Positions 28,585-38,943 of a stretch of 64,000 nucleotides of DNA are shown here, piece by piece. The stretch is from the IMG/VR virus record IMGVR_UViG_3300030450_002944, positions 17,308-81,307 of that record; one strand, written 5' to 3'. The notes under the pieces are model-generated. The model worked only from the letters and a program-made list of their open reading frames with translations. It was not told where the DNA came from and ran no database searches. Source of the stretch: a virus. A program made the translations under genes and the position numbers. Position 1 is the first letter of the stretch. The number at the start of each line of letters is the position of its first letter.

Positions 28585-30462
28585 ATGGCTATATATAGAA
28601 GTGATCAATCACAATTAACATTTGCAGCTGAGGCTGCCCAAGGTGGTGACCCAGAAATGAACTCTGGAACTAGAGTTAGTAGTGGATGGTACGGAGATAT
28701 TAATGAAACAGACGGTGTTCCTGCAGGAAGTATTAGTTTCGCATTTAATAATGGTAACAATACTTTAAAAGTAGGGGATTTTATTCGTATTGGGGATGTA
28801 AATCCTAGTGGAACTGAACAAACTTCTGATGCGGCTGATGGAACAACTAACAGTGAATATGAATTACGAAGAGTAGAACATTTTGGAACAAGTAGTTCAT
28901 CAGGAACTATTTATTTAGATAGACCAACCGCATTTTTCCATGCTAATGATGATAAACTTGTAGAAGTAGAAGCAACTAGGACTACATGGGAACATACTTA
29001 TATAAATCGAATTCCGGGAGTATATGAATCAGTATCAGTACCTGATATAGCCCCTACAATTGAGCCTAGATATTATTTAGGTACAGCATCTAAAAGACAA
29101 GCAACAGAATTTTATGCTGGACAACAGGCTTATGCAGGATCTATTAGTGGAATGGTTGTATTAGATCCATCTGCTTTGAGATTCCCTATAGGAAAAATGG
29201 TATCAACAGCTAGTACAGCTGTGTCAAGTAGTCCTTTTGATTCTACTATTCAAACTGCAGCTAAGAAGGGGGATACGTTTATTAATTTTGCAACCCATAG
29301 TAATTTAGCAGACGATGAATATCTTCAAATTTCAGGTGGAACTGGTGATGTAGTAAGCAGTACAACTATTGGTAATGTAACAGGAAATTATGAAATTGTT
29401 AGAGTTAGAGATATAATTGGTTCAAGTTCAAGTACTATTGCCCATTTATATACTCCATTAAAGTTTGATCATGCAGCTGGAGAAACAGTAGGTGAAATTG
29501 ATGAAGCATCTACTGATAATGTATATACTCATATAATTACACCTGAAAATGATTTAGATACAATGACTTGGCATCTTCATATGAAAGATAGTGCAGAGTC
29601 AGAGGAAGCCCTAGCTAGTAGTCACCATTTTAATAGACGATATTATGGTGGTATGGTTGACTCAGCATCAATTACAGCCGAAGAAGGTGGATTATTAACA
29701 ATGGGTTGGGATACTGTAAACTTTATGGGTATGCTACATAACCAAAAGAATCAAGGAACTGTAAGTACTAATGAATATAATGGGGACTCATCTACAGCTG
29801 GTATGCCAAAATATGCCATAATGAATGATGTTGAATCAACAGATATAACCTTCCCTTCAAATAATCCATATTATTTCTCACAAGGATCAATTACTTTATT
29901 TGGACAAGAAGTTGCAAGAGTTAGAAACTTTAGTATAAGTATATCAAATGCAACAGAACCTAGATATTATATTTCAACTAGATATGGTAGGAATAGAGGA
30001 CCAAGTGAAATAAGAGAAGGTAGAAAATCTTATACAATGAGTTGCACATTAGCATTACCAGATACAGTTTTATCAAATGCTACTACATATACAGGGACAA
30101 CAGGAGCTTTAGAAATATTTAAGCAATTGATATTAGAAGGAAACTATGGAGCTGCGGCTGGAATGAATGGATTTGACTTAGAATTAACCTTTACTAGAGG
30201 TACTAATGATTATATTAAAATCACTACAAAGAAAACATCTACTCCACTGACCCCAGCCGATTTTGGAGATACTGCAGCAACGACTGGAATAAATAATCAG
30301 GGAGCTTTTATAACAAGTGCTCCACATAATGTTACTGGAGATGGTTCTGCAATGCAAGTAGATGTGGATATGGTATTAAGATCTATACAAATAGAAATTA
30401 AAGAGCCGTATACTGCCGCAACTACTACAGCAGATTCTATAACCGGAGCAATATATCCATAA
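28585..30462 (+). CDS. Major tail tube protein with inserted domains
   Basis: FSISISN...EIREGRKSY-type tube motif; precedes chaperone and TMP genes. Confidence 0.7.
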   Translation: MAIYRSDQSQLTFAAEAAQGGDPEMNSGTRVSSGWYGDINETDGVPAGSISFAFNNGNNTLKVGDFIRIGDVNPSGTEQTSDAADGTTNSEYELRRVEHFGTSSSSGTIYLDRPTAFFHANDDKLVEVEATRTTWEHTYINRIPGVYESVSVPDIAPTIEPRYYLGTASKRQATEFYAGQQAYAGSISGMVVLDPSALRFPIGKMVSTASTAVSSSPFDSTIQTAAKKGDTFINFATHSNLADDEYLQISGGTGDVVSSTTIGNVTGNYEIVRVRDIIGSSSSTIAHLYTPLKFDHAAGETVGEIDEASTDNVYTHIITPENDLDTMTWHLHMKDSAESEEALASSHHFNRRYYGGMVDSASITAEEGGLLTMGWDTVNFMGMLHNQKNQGTVSTNEYNGDSSTAGMPKYAIMNDVESTDITFPSNNPYYFSQGSITLFGQEVARVRNFSISISNATEPRYYISTRYGRNRGPSEIREGRKSYTMSCTLALPDTVLSNATTYTGTTGALEIFKQLILEGNYGAAAGMNGFDLELTFTRGTNDYIKITTKKTSTPLTPADFGDTAATTGINNQGAFITSAPHNVTGDGSAMQVDVDMVLRSIQIEIKEPYTAATTTADSITGAIYP

Positions 30463-30497
30463 AAATTAAATAGCAAAAGTAAAGTAAGGAGAGAATT

Positions 30498-30851
30498 ATG
30501 AGTTTCGATTTAGCGAAATATCAGATAGGTAATGAGCCTACTAAAATAACAGTAGAGATACCAGAAACTGGAGACTCATTTGAATTAACAGTAAAGAATT
30601 TAAGTTGGAGTAAACAAAATAGACTCCTCTCTAATTCAGTTATTATTTCAAAAGGGGGAGGAACATCTTTTGATGGTGATGCCTATGTAAAGAGTTATCT
30701 AAAAGAATATATTATAGAGGCTCCATGGGGTAAAACTACTGAAGCCTTCTTAGTATCGATTGATGAAAGATTAGGTAGAGCATTAGAAACTCTAGTGCCA
30801 AAACTTGATGATGAAGAAACAGTAGATACTGCAGAAGTAAAAAAAGAGTAG
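30498..30851 (+). CDS. Tail assembly chaperone (G)
   Basis: Position; ends in the slippery sequence GTA AAA AAA GAG TAG. Confidence 0.75.
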   Translation: MSFDLAKYQIGNEPTKITVEIPETGDSFELTVKNLSWSKQNRLLSNSVIISKGGGTSFDGDAYVKSYLKEYIIEAPWGKTTEAFLVSIDERLGRALETLVPKLDDEETVDTAEVKKE

Positions 30852-31099
30852 ACGCTTATTTGAAAGGACAAAAGTCTAAGTTAGATGAAAAGTCCATGTT
30901 AGATATAGCATATTGGGTGACTATGATTAGACTTGTTCAAATGGGTATACCTTGGGAGGTAGCTATAGATTTAAGTAAACCAGATTTAAATCTAGTAATA
31001 GCAACTCTCACTTCTATGTCCGAAGTAAATGGGAATCAACAAACAGAATTAGACTTAGCAACAAATTATAGTGCTATGGCTAAACAATTTGGAGGATAA
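30839..31099 (+). CDS. -1 frameshift extension of tail assembly chaperone (GT)
   Basis: A AAA AAA at 30839-30845; the -1 frame is open to 31099 and lacks its own RBS/ATG. Confidence 0.7.
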   Translation, partial: KKRVDAYLKGQKSKLDEKSMLDIAYWVTMIRLVQMGIPWEVAIDLSKPDLNLVIATLTSMSEVNGNQQTELDLATNYSAMAKQFGG

Positions 31100-31104
31100 T
31101 AATC

Positions 31105-32013
31105 GTGGTGTTTAAACGAATGGCAAAAGCTTTACCTAGTAGGGCTGGATTAAGTGCAATAGGATCTGCTTATAGAAAAGGCGGAGCTGCATCTGCATCT
31201 TATTCAGGCATTGGTACTGCTATGGCTTCTCCGTTTAAAGCCTTAGCTGAAACTGCAAAAGAGATGAAAAGTCCTGCAGGTAAGTTTTGGGGAGCTTTAA
31301 CTAAAAATAAAAGTATATTAGGAATTAATCTTGGTATTGGTTCACTCTTAAAACAATCTCAGGTATTTACTGGGGCAGTAAGTACAATTATGCAAATCAT
31401 TGGAGCTATGGTGGATGTTTTAATTGCACCTTGGATTGTTCCTTTATTTATACCATTAGCTAAAAAAATGGTTTCATTTATACCTAAAATTCGAGAATGG
31501 TCAGCGGATTTAGCTGAAAAATATGTTCCAAAAATTAAAGCTATATTTGATAATTTAGTTACTGGTGAAGGAACTCTTTGGGAAAGAATAGGAGAATTTA
31601 TTGGCGAGAGTTGGAATCTAATTTGGGAAGATACCGGACTATCAAAATGGTGGAATGAGCAAACAGGAATTTTAGGAGTATTTACAAAAACATTATCAGC
31701 TGCTGGTACAGGATTAGCAAAAGTGTATAATTTCTTTGCGAATATTGGAGAAGGTCCATTTAATAATTATTGGGCTAATATGGCTTGGAACGCAATTTCA
31801 GTATCTGCCTCATTTGCTGCTGGTCCAATGTCTAGCAGAGCTGTCAGTCGACTTTTTAACCTTTTAGAAAGTTTAATTGAAGGGGGAGATCCAGCACCTG
31901 ACTTTCCTCAAATACCAACATCACCTCCAGCCCCAGCTGCATTTCAAGATATATATGAAAAATCTGGTGTAGGACTAGGAGTAAGCTATGATCCATATGG
32001 GGGTAATGTATAA
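31105..32013 (+). CDS. Short tape-measure-like protein, paralog 1
   Basis: Position after chaperones; amphipathic helices with periodic Trp. Confidence 0.6.
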   Translation: MVFKRMAKALPSRAGLSAIGSAYRKGGAASASYSGIGTAMASPFKALAETAKEMKSPAGKFWGALTKNKSILGINLGIGSLLKQSQVFTGAVSTIMQIIGAMVDVLIAPWIVPLFIPLAKKMVSFIPKIREWSADLAEKYVPKIKAIFDNLVTGEGTLWERIGEFIGESWNLIWEDTGLSKWWNEQTGILGVFTKTLSAAGTGLAKVYNFFANIGEGPFNNYWANMAWNAISVSASFAAGPMSSRAVSRLFNLLESLIEGGDPAPDFPQIPTSPPAPAAFQDIYEKSGVGLGVSYDPYGGNV

Positions 32014-33053
32014 TGGTATTTAAAGCAGCAGGAGCAGGAATTAGAGGTGTTAAGGGCACATATCAATTTGGAAAAAGAATGCATAAAGAGGTAGGTCGTG
32101 CTCATAGAACAGGTGGGAGAGCATCAGCAGCTTATAAAGCAGCCGGAATGCTTGCAAGTGGTCCCGGAAAACTTGTAGCCGAATCTGCTAAAGATGTACT
32201 AAAACCGAGTGGTAAATTTTGGTCAATATTATCTAAAAATAAAACTATATTAGGAATAAATGTAGGTGTTGGGGCATTTTTAAAACAATCTCAGGTATTT
32301 ACTGGAGCTATCAGCTCTATTTTACAAATTGTTGGAGCTATGGTTGACGTATTGATAGCTCCTTGGTTAATACCATTAATTATTCCATTAGCTAAAAAAA
32401 TGGCATCAGCCATTCCAAAAATTCAAGAATGGTCACAAGCATTAGCAGATAAATATGTTCCAATTATTAAGGATAAACTTAGTGCAATTTGGAATGGTGA
32501 AGGAAGCTTTATGGGTAAAATCTGGGATTCTATAAAAGGTGTAATTAATATAGTATGGACAGAAAGTGGTTTACAAAAATGGTGGCAAGAGGCAGAAGGT
32601 ATAATGGGATTTTTTAGAACCACTGTTGAGGCTACAGTTGGTATATTACGATTTATGGGATTAATTGAAAAACCAGCAGTTCAAATGACTCAGGGAGATA
32701 TGGATAGAGAGGCATTTGGAGCTAAATATAAAGATGCAGCTTATGAAAGATCTCATCAAGAAGGATTAGCCTTTGAGGGTCGCTGGGCATATTATACTGG
32801 GCATATGGAAAGATATGGAAATATGTACGACTCAGGTAAAAATGAATGGTCAGGTACTGATTATGGTGGTTTTGGGACAGGACCCGGATTTGCTAACGTA
32901 CCCGGAGGAGCTGGTGGAGTAATGGCTCCTGCAAATAGTTTAGCCCAAACGATTCAAAAATCACATACACAAAATTCAGCTGAAGGTATAGAAAAAGTCT
33001 TAGAGTGGTTAACAGATCCAGCAGGGATTTTCAGTAATTGGAAACCATGGTAA
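32013..33053 (+). CDS. Short tape-measure-like protein, paralog 2
   Basis: Clear paralog of the upstream ORF over the first ~190 aa. Confidence 0.6.
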   Translation: MVFKAAGAGIRGVKGTYQFGKRMHKEVGRAHRTGGRASAAYKAAGMLASGPGKLVAESAKDVLKPSGKFWSILSKNKTILGINVGVGAFLKQSQVFTGAISSILQIVGAMVDVLIAPWLIPLIIPLAKKMASAIPKIQEWSQALADKYVPIIKDKLSAIWNGEGSFMGKIWDSIKGVINIVWTESGLQKWWQEAEGIMGFFRTTVEATVGILRFMGLIEKPAVQMTQGDMDREAFGAKYKDAAYERSHQEGLAFEGRWAYYTGHMERYGNMYDSGKNEWSGTDYGGFGTGPGFANVPGGAGGVMAPANSLAQTIQKSHTQNSAEGIEKVLEWLTDPAGIFSNWKPW

Positions 33054-33075
33054 AATTTAAATAAGGAGATAAATT

Positions 33076-33618
33076 ATGGCAGAAGGAACATTATCAATAT
33101 TATTAAGAGACGGAACACATGCATCAGCAGCTAAAAGATTAGCTTTAAAATGTGAAAATATAACTGTAAATATTGGACGTACTCCAATCCAAGTACCTAT
33201 ACCTACAAATAGTCCATATCTTATTGATTTAGGTATAGTAAGACCCACTATTTCAGTTAGTGGACTAGTAGATAATATTGGAGGAGATACAAGTAATACC
33301 ACATCAGTTGTTGGTGGAATGTCAAGTTTTTCATATAATGATGGCTCAAGTAGTCAAACTTATTATATTCCATATAAAAATTTCTTAGAAGAATTTTGCT
33401 GTGAAGAAATGTATTCTGATGATAATTTAATTCAAATACAAATAGGTGATACTACAAGACCACTGTATACATCAAGTACAAATTTTTCAACGGGTGGTGC
33501 AACTTATCATGTTGCAATACAAAGTGCTAACTTTACTCAGACACCGGGATTAGAAGATAGATGGCAATTTGCAATTCAATTTGTGTCTAAAACTGCAAGT
33601 CACATTGACTTTGCGTAG
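33076..33618 (+). CDS. Distal tail/baseplate hub-like protein
   Basis: Position after TMP; IDLG..RPTISVSG...W.F.I.F pattern. Confidence 0.55.
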   Translation: MAEGTLSILLRDGTHASAAKRLALKCENITVNIGRTPIQVPIPTNSPYLIDLGIVRPTISVSGLVDNIGGDTSNTTSVVGGMSSFSYNDGSSSQTYYIPYKNFLEEFCCEEMYSDDNLIQIQIGDTTRPLYTSSTNFSTGGATYHVAIQSANFTQTPGLEDRWQFAIQFVSKTASHIDFA

Positions 33619-33626
33619 GAGAATTT

Positions 33627-36600
33627 ATGGCTATATCAAATGCAAATAAGAAAATAGAGCTTTATTATTGGATTGGAGATAATTCTAATTACGATCCTGA
33701 TGATTCAGGTACAACTAGTAGATGGTTAAGAGCCAATACTTCAGAGGGTAAAAATGCTGTTCTATCAGTTGATTATGAACATGCATTAGGTAAACCAGCA
33801 ACTGCAAAAGTAACATTACAAAATGGTGTACCTAATTTTAAAGCTGGAGATGCAGATAGTTATTCATCTGTTTTTGCAAGTCTACCTGCTGCGGATGATG
33901 GAGGTTCAGCAAGTCCTGTATTTACAGATTTTATGCGAGTAAAACTGGTAGATATAAATACTAAACTTGTTATTTTATATGGACGTATATATGATATTAA
34001 GAATGAATATAATAACTTTGAAGGAAATACTTGTAAATTAGTAATTAAAGATGAATTAGAAGTATTACGAGGAATTTATTCATCAGAATTACCAGATCAA
34101 TCATATACTGGTGGATCAACAAAACGATCAACCATGATAAAAACTAATATTTTAGCCAATTCAGCGTGGAATACTCCAGCTGCTGACGCTCTTAAAGTAG
34201 ATACTTCTGATGGAGATAGATTTGAAGACTCAATATCGGAATATGGAACAACTGGAGTCTTAAAGCTTAAAAAATCTGGTAATAATATATTAAATGAAAT
34301 TGCAATTATAGCTAGAGCAGATCCAAATGATATTACAAGCGGAGACGATAGAAGAGCGAAATCTTTTGGATATGATTATTATTTAGATGCTAACCAAACT
34401 CAAATGGATGTGTCTAGTATTAATAGTGTTATATATGATGTTACAGCTCCAGCAAGTGCTCATTTAAATTATTTTAAACGAGGTAGTCGAACAGCGACTC
34501 CAGCAACATATGGATTAACTGTTGAGTTACCAAATGCAGCATTTACCCCTACAGGACAAAAACTTCCAATGCTACAAGATTTTAGTTTTGATAGACCAAA
34601 ACATGAGGTTTATACAGAAGCTCAAGTTACTGGAATATTTAAAGGTAATATAAAATCAACAAAAACTTTTGAATCGATCATCGTTTCTGGTATGAGCTCT
34701 GGACATGAATTTGATTATGAAGGTAAACCATTTTCTACAGGATTTGAAGGTGGTACTCCATCAGCTACTGCAGACTCATTAACATCTGAATACTTAGATG
34801 AGTATACTGCAGATGGAAGTAGTAAAGTTCATGATGATATATGTAAAGTACAATGGCAATCAGATACAGGAACTGGAACTAAATATTTATTAATCTCTGA
34901 TTTAACTAGTGACTTTCCAGAGGGTACAACGCAAGTAATGTTAAAGGGAGCATCATCTGGTAGATCATGTTTATTTACTCCAAGTACAGGAAGATTAAGA
35001 AATAAAACAGGAGTCAAAAGAACTTTTAAAACTCAATGGGGTTTAGATGGAGAACCTGCAAGTGCAGCTGGAAGTGGAGCCACTTATGATCGAGCTAGAG
35101 AACGATTAGCAACTATTTTATCAAGAGCAGGAGGAACTGGAACTGAAATAATTAGAGGTAGTTTTAGTATACCTCAATATCCTTCTTATTATAAAGATGT
35201 TACCCCAACTTCTACATCCTCGACTGTTTGTAATACATCGGTTAATTTAGAAACTTATGGTGTTAAAAAAGGTATGCCAATAGGAATTTTAGATTCTAAT
35301 AGTAACTTTATGGAATATCATAGCTATGCTTCTGCAACAGCGTCTGGTGCAATAACTGTTGGGGATGCTCCTACGAAAAGTGATCCTACAGCAACACATG
35401 GATGGACAGCAAGTACAGCTCAATTTTCAGGTGCTATAACTGCAAGAGCACAGGTTCCAGTACGAGCTGGGGATTTAATAAAAGTCATAAATAAAATAGA
35501 GAATATTAATACTGATATGTTAGTAACTAAGGTTAGTTACATGGAAGGACCGGGAGTACAAAATGCAAGAATAGAAGTTGTAGGGGAACAAGCAGCTCTT
35601 GCAGGTAGAGTACCAAAAACTACTTCAAATAATATGCCAGAAGAGTTTGGAGCTAGTGGTGAAGTTAATCTAACAGGAAATTATTCTACCACGTTCTCAA
35701 AAGATGGTGATAATAGTGTAATTGAATTTACTGCAGCTACCAGAAATACAGTAACTTGGACTGCAGGATTACTAAATTTGGAAGATGGGCAACCTTTAGA
35801 AACTAATGTTAATAGCTTTGCTATTGGATCAGGTACTACTGGAACTATGAGTGAATTTAATACTAGCAGTGCTTCTACTAGAGCTGATACAACTTATGTT
35901 GTGTATCTAGATCTAGATGTATCTAAAACAGCTTTACAAGTAACTACTCAAACTTTATATGCACAAGTAGATGATTCTAATACAACAATAATAGCATTAT
36001 GTAAAGCAACAGAAAGTGATTCAGGTGCAGCTTCATTAGGTTTGTCAGAATTTGTAGCTACAAATACTTCATCAACACCATTAGCATTGGGTAGAAGTAA
36101 CGTAATTACTGGAAGTCAATTCCAAACTGCAATCGCAACAGATGGTACTAATTCAGCTACAGCCAGTTCTTCAGAGGGTAGAATTGTAATTCTAGATGAT
36201 AAAATAATTATTCATGACGGAGCCAGTACCACCAAACATCTTCAATGGTATAAAGCTGGAACTGAAATTGCTTTTATAGGACATTCAGTAGATTCTGGTA
36301 CACCCAAGTTTGAGGGTATGTATGTAATAAATTATGATAATACCTCTAGTCCTGAAAGTAGAAATCTAACTTTATGGTCTCAAAATGGTAAAACAGTTCT
36401 AAGAGGTGGTTTAGGTGTTGATGTAGTTACTGGAAATCTAAATATTCAACATGCTGCCTCATCTGGTGATGTTCCAAACCTTTCGTTTTCTAACCAAGCT
36501 ACAGGCACTCTAAGATGGCGTATAGGAGTAGATGGTGATGATTCAGATAAAATGAAATGGGATTGGCAAGACCTTGTAGGTGATGCAACCAAGATGACAT

Positions 36601-37655
36601 TAGATTCATCAGGTAATCTCTATGTTGGACCTTCAGGAAGCTTCGCTGGATTTTATTCATGGCTAAATGATCAAAATACATACATGGATAATCCAGCAGC
36701 TGACCAGCTGAGAATTGTAACTGGTGGAACACAAAATACTCTATTTGAAGCTGGTAATATATATGTTGGACCGGGTGGAGGTTTTAGTGGTGTTTATACA
36801 TGGCTAAATGACACTAATACATACATAGATAATCCACAAGCCGATACTATAAGATTAATGACTGGTGGAACACAAAATACTCACTTTGAAGCTGGTAATA
36901 TATATGTTGGAGCTGGTGGAGATTTTGGAGGTGCTTATACATGGATTTATGATCCAAATACATATATATCAAACCCATCAGCAGATAGAATAGCTCTTTA
37001 TACTGGTGGAACATTAAATGCCACTTTTGAAGCCAATAATATATATATAGGACCGAGTGGAGATTTTGGAGGTGCTTATACATGGTTTTATGATCCAGAT
37101 ACTTCTATACAAAACCCATCAGCTGATCTTATGAGAATTAATGTTGGGGGTGATACACTTGCAGAGTTTAGAGAGTCCGGGGGGTCATATTTTACAGGTA
37201 TAAATCAAGCTTATAATGGTTCATATAATTTCATAGTTGCCGGAAGTGTTGCTAAAACAACTGCAGGTACAGTATGGACATCAACTTCAGATGATAGATT
37301 AAAACAAGATATAGCCTCAATTACTAATGCAACTGATGTCTTAAAAACATTAAATCCTGTTGAATATAACTGGAAAGATGAGTGGAAAGATGCAGAAGCA
37401 TCTATACCCAATCATAAAGTACATGGATTTTTAGCTAGTGAATACGAAGATACTTTTTCTGATTTCGTAGACACTACAGATATGAAACTAATTAAAAGAA
37501 CAGATGATAGTTATAGACAATCAAATGAAGTAGAAGAAAATGAAACAATTATCTATGACAATATTAAATTTATAAATACTGACTCATTAGTACCGCATTT
37601 AGTTGCGGCAATAAAAGAACTAGATGCTAGAATAGCTAGCTTAGAAGGAGGATAA
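33627..37655 (+). CDS. Tail tip/central fibre protein with C-terminal peptidase S74 chaperone
   Basis: SDDRLKQDI...LNPVEYNWK...HGFLA...LVAAIKEL. Confidence 0.85.
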   Translation: MAISNANKKIELYYWIGDNSNYDPDDSGTTSRWLRANTSEGKNAVLSVDYEHALGKPATAKVTLQNGVPNFKAGDADSYSSVFASLPAADDGGSASPVFTDFMRVKLVDINTKLVILYGRIYDIKNEYNNFEGNTCKLVIKDELEVLRGIYSSELPDQSYTGGSTKRSTMIKTNILANSAWNTPAADALKVDTSDGDRFEDSISEYGTTGVLKLKKSGNNILNEIAIIARADPNDITSGDDRRAKSFGYDYYLDANQTQMDVSSINSVIYDVTAPASAHLNYFKRGSRTATPATYGLTVELPNAAFTPTGQKLPMLQDFSFDRPKHEVYTEAQVTGIFKGNIKSTKTFESIIVSGMSSGHEFDYEGKPFSTGFEGGTPSATADSLTSEYLDEYTADGSSKVHDDICKVQWQSDTGTGTKYLLISDLTSDFPEGTTQVMLKGASSGRSCLFTPSTGRLRNKTGVKRTFKTQWGLDGEPASAAGSGATYDRARERLATILSRAGGTGTEIIRGSFSIPQYPSYYKDVTPTSTSSTVCNTSVNLETYGVKKGMPIGILDSNSNFMEYHSYASATASGAITVGDAPTKSDPTATHGWTASTAQFSGAITARAQVPVRAGDLIKVINKIENINTDMLVTKVSYMEGPGVQNARIEVVGEQAALAGRVPKTTSNNMPEEFGASGEVNLTGNYSTTFSKDGDNSVIEFTAATRNTVTWTAGLLNLEDGQPLETNVNSFAIGSGTTGTMSEFNTSSASTRADTTYVVYLDLDVSKTALQVTTQTLYAQVDDSNTTIIALCKATESDSGAASLGLSEFVATNTSSTPLALGRSNVITGSQFQTAIATDGTNSATASSSEGRIVILDDKIIIHDGASTTKHLQWYKAGTEIAFIGHSVDSGTPKFEGMYVINYDNTSSPESRNLTLWSQNGKTVLRGGLGVDVVTGNLNIQHAASSGDVPNLSFSNQATGTLRWRIGVDGDDSDKMKWDWQDLVGDATKMTLDSSGNLYVGPSGSFAGFYSWLNDQNTYMDNPAADQLRIVTGGTQNTLFEAGNIYVGPGGGFSGVYTWLNDTNTYIDNPQADTIRLMTGGTQNTHFEAGNIYVGAGGDFGGAYTWIYDPNTYISNPSADRIALYTGGTLNATFEANNIYIGPSGDFGGAYTWFYDPDTSIQNPSADLMRINVGGDTLAEFRESGGSYFTGINQAYNGSYNFIVAGSVAKTTAGTVWTSTSDDRLKQDIASITNATDVLKTLNPVEYNWKDEWKDAEASIPNHKVHGFLASEYEDTFSDFVDTTDMKLIKRTDDSYRQSNEVEENETIIYDNIKFINTDSLVPHLVAAIKELDARIASLEGG
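36612..37160 (+). repeat. Four tandem 141-nt (47-aa) coding repeats
   Basis: Units start at 36612, 36753, 36894, 37035. Confidence 0.9.
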
Positions 37656-37656
37656 A

Positions 37657-37848
37657 ATGCCAGACGTAACAGTGTCATTTACAGATGCACAATGGACAAG
37701 AGTAGTTGCAGCATCATCTCAAATTAAAGGAATGTTAAATGATGGAACAGATGTGGATGCAGATTATTTAGCCGCTGATTTCAAGAAGAAAATAGAGGCT
37801 ATCGTTAAAGAATATGAAAGACAACAAGCATCCGTTGATGACTTCTAA
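37657..37848 (+). CDS. Small hypothetical protein
   Basis: GGAGG RBS. Confidence 0.7.
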   Translation: MPDVTVSFTDAQWTRVVAASSQIKGMLNDGTDVDADYLAADFKKKIEAIVKEYERQQASVDDF

Positions 37849-38223
37849 ATGAAGCTTACTACTAAAGTAATTAAATATAGGACTAGAAATCCTTTGATGT
37901 CAACACATCAAATTTCAAGAGAAACTGGAGTTTCATATTCTTGGGTACATGCTATATTAAAGAAAGCAAATCTATCAACAAACCCACCCAAAAGAAATAA
38001 GAGTTCTCGTATATGTCCTGAATGTAATGAACTCTTTACATCAAGACGTAAATTTTGTAGTTCTGAGTGTAAATATAATTATCAGCGTCCTGTGTTTGAA
38101 TGCCATTACTGCCATTCTAAATTTCGTAGATTACGAAAAGATGTGGTTAGATCTATTAAAAAAGGCTCAAAACACATATTTTGTGATATAAAATGTTGGA
38201 ATAGATATAGGAGAGTAGAGTAA
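37849..38223 (+). CDS. HTH + Zn-finger protein
   Basis: STHQISRETGVSYSWVHAIL; CPEC, FCSSEC, CHYC, FCDIKC. Confidence 0.75.
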   Translation: MKLTTKVIKYRTRNPLMSTHQISRETGVSYSWVHAILKKANLSTNPPKRNKSSRICPECNELFTSRRKFCSSECKYNYQRPVFECHYCHSKFRRLRKDVVRSIKKGSKHIFCDIKCWNRYRRVE

Positions 38224-38429
38224 TGCCAACTTATGAATATAAATGCAATAATGAAAAATGTTCTGAATACTTCGAGAAAATTCAGAAGTTCACCTCTAAG
38301 GCTGTAGCCAAATGCCCTAGCTGTAGTACAAAAGCAACCAGATTAATCAGTGGGGTTGCTGTCCAATTCAAAGGTTCTGGGTGGTATTCAACAGCAAATA
38401 GAAGTTCAAAAGAGTCAGATTCCGATTAA
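38223..38429 (+). CDS. FmdB-family zinc-ribbon protein
   Basis: MPTYEYKC...CPSC...RLIS....FKGSGWYST. Confidence 0.9.
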   Translation: MPTYEYKCNNEKCSEYFEKIQKFTSKAVAKCPSCSTKATRLISGVAVQFKGSGWYSTANRSSKESDSD

Positions 38430-38434
38430 AAAGC

Positions 38435-38464
38435 TTGACTTGGCTACCCCCAATATGATATAAT
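38435..38464 (+). promoter_or_regulatory. sigma70-type promoter
   Basis: TTGACT-N18-TATAAT. Confidence 0.8.
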
Positions 38465-38520
38465 TACTATAGAGGGTATAATTATGTGCCCTTTTGTTAA
38501 TTTAAAATATAGGAGGAAAT

Positions 38521-38943
38521 ATGACATTAGCATATACTAATCGTACAGATCCATTTAATATTTTTGGAGATTTTCTAAATAGAGAATGGTCAGCTTCAAG
38601 AGCTACCGTAAAATATCCATTAGATATTGTGGAATCTAAAGATGCATATAAAGTTAAGATTTCGTTACCCGGTGTGGAAAAAGGGAATCTTTCAGTTACT
38701 ATAGATAAGGACATTCTAGTTATAGAGGCAAAGGATGTAGCAGCTGAAAAAGAAGCAGAGAAAGGTACATATATTTATAAAGGTATTAGAACAGGTTCTT
38801 ACAAGAGAGAAATCTCTGTAAAAGATTACGGTGTAGACAGTAAGAAAGTTACTTCTGTTTACAAGAATGGTATCCTAACTATAAACATGCCTAAAACTAA
38901 GGAGGCAAAACCACAGATTATTTCTGTGGCTATGGATGGATAA
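38521..38943 (+). CDS. Small heat-shock protein (Hsp20)
   Basis: PLDIVE...LPGV.K...YKNGILTI.MPK. Confidence 0.9.
   Translation: MTLAYTNRTDPFNIFGDFLNREWSASRATVKYPLDIVESKDAYKVKISLPGVEKGNLSVTIDKDILVIEAKDVAAEKEAEKGTYIYKGIRTGSYKREISVKDYGVDSKKVTSVYKNGILTINMPKTKEAKPQIISVAMDG

Noticed and set aside
36612-37160. Tail repeats as a DGR template/variable pair
   Set aside because: They are in-frame tandem repeats, differences are not confined to adenines, and no reverse transcriptase is present.
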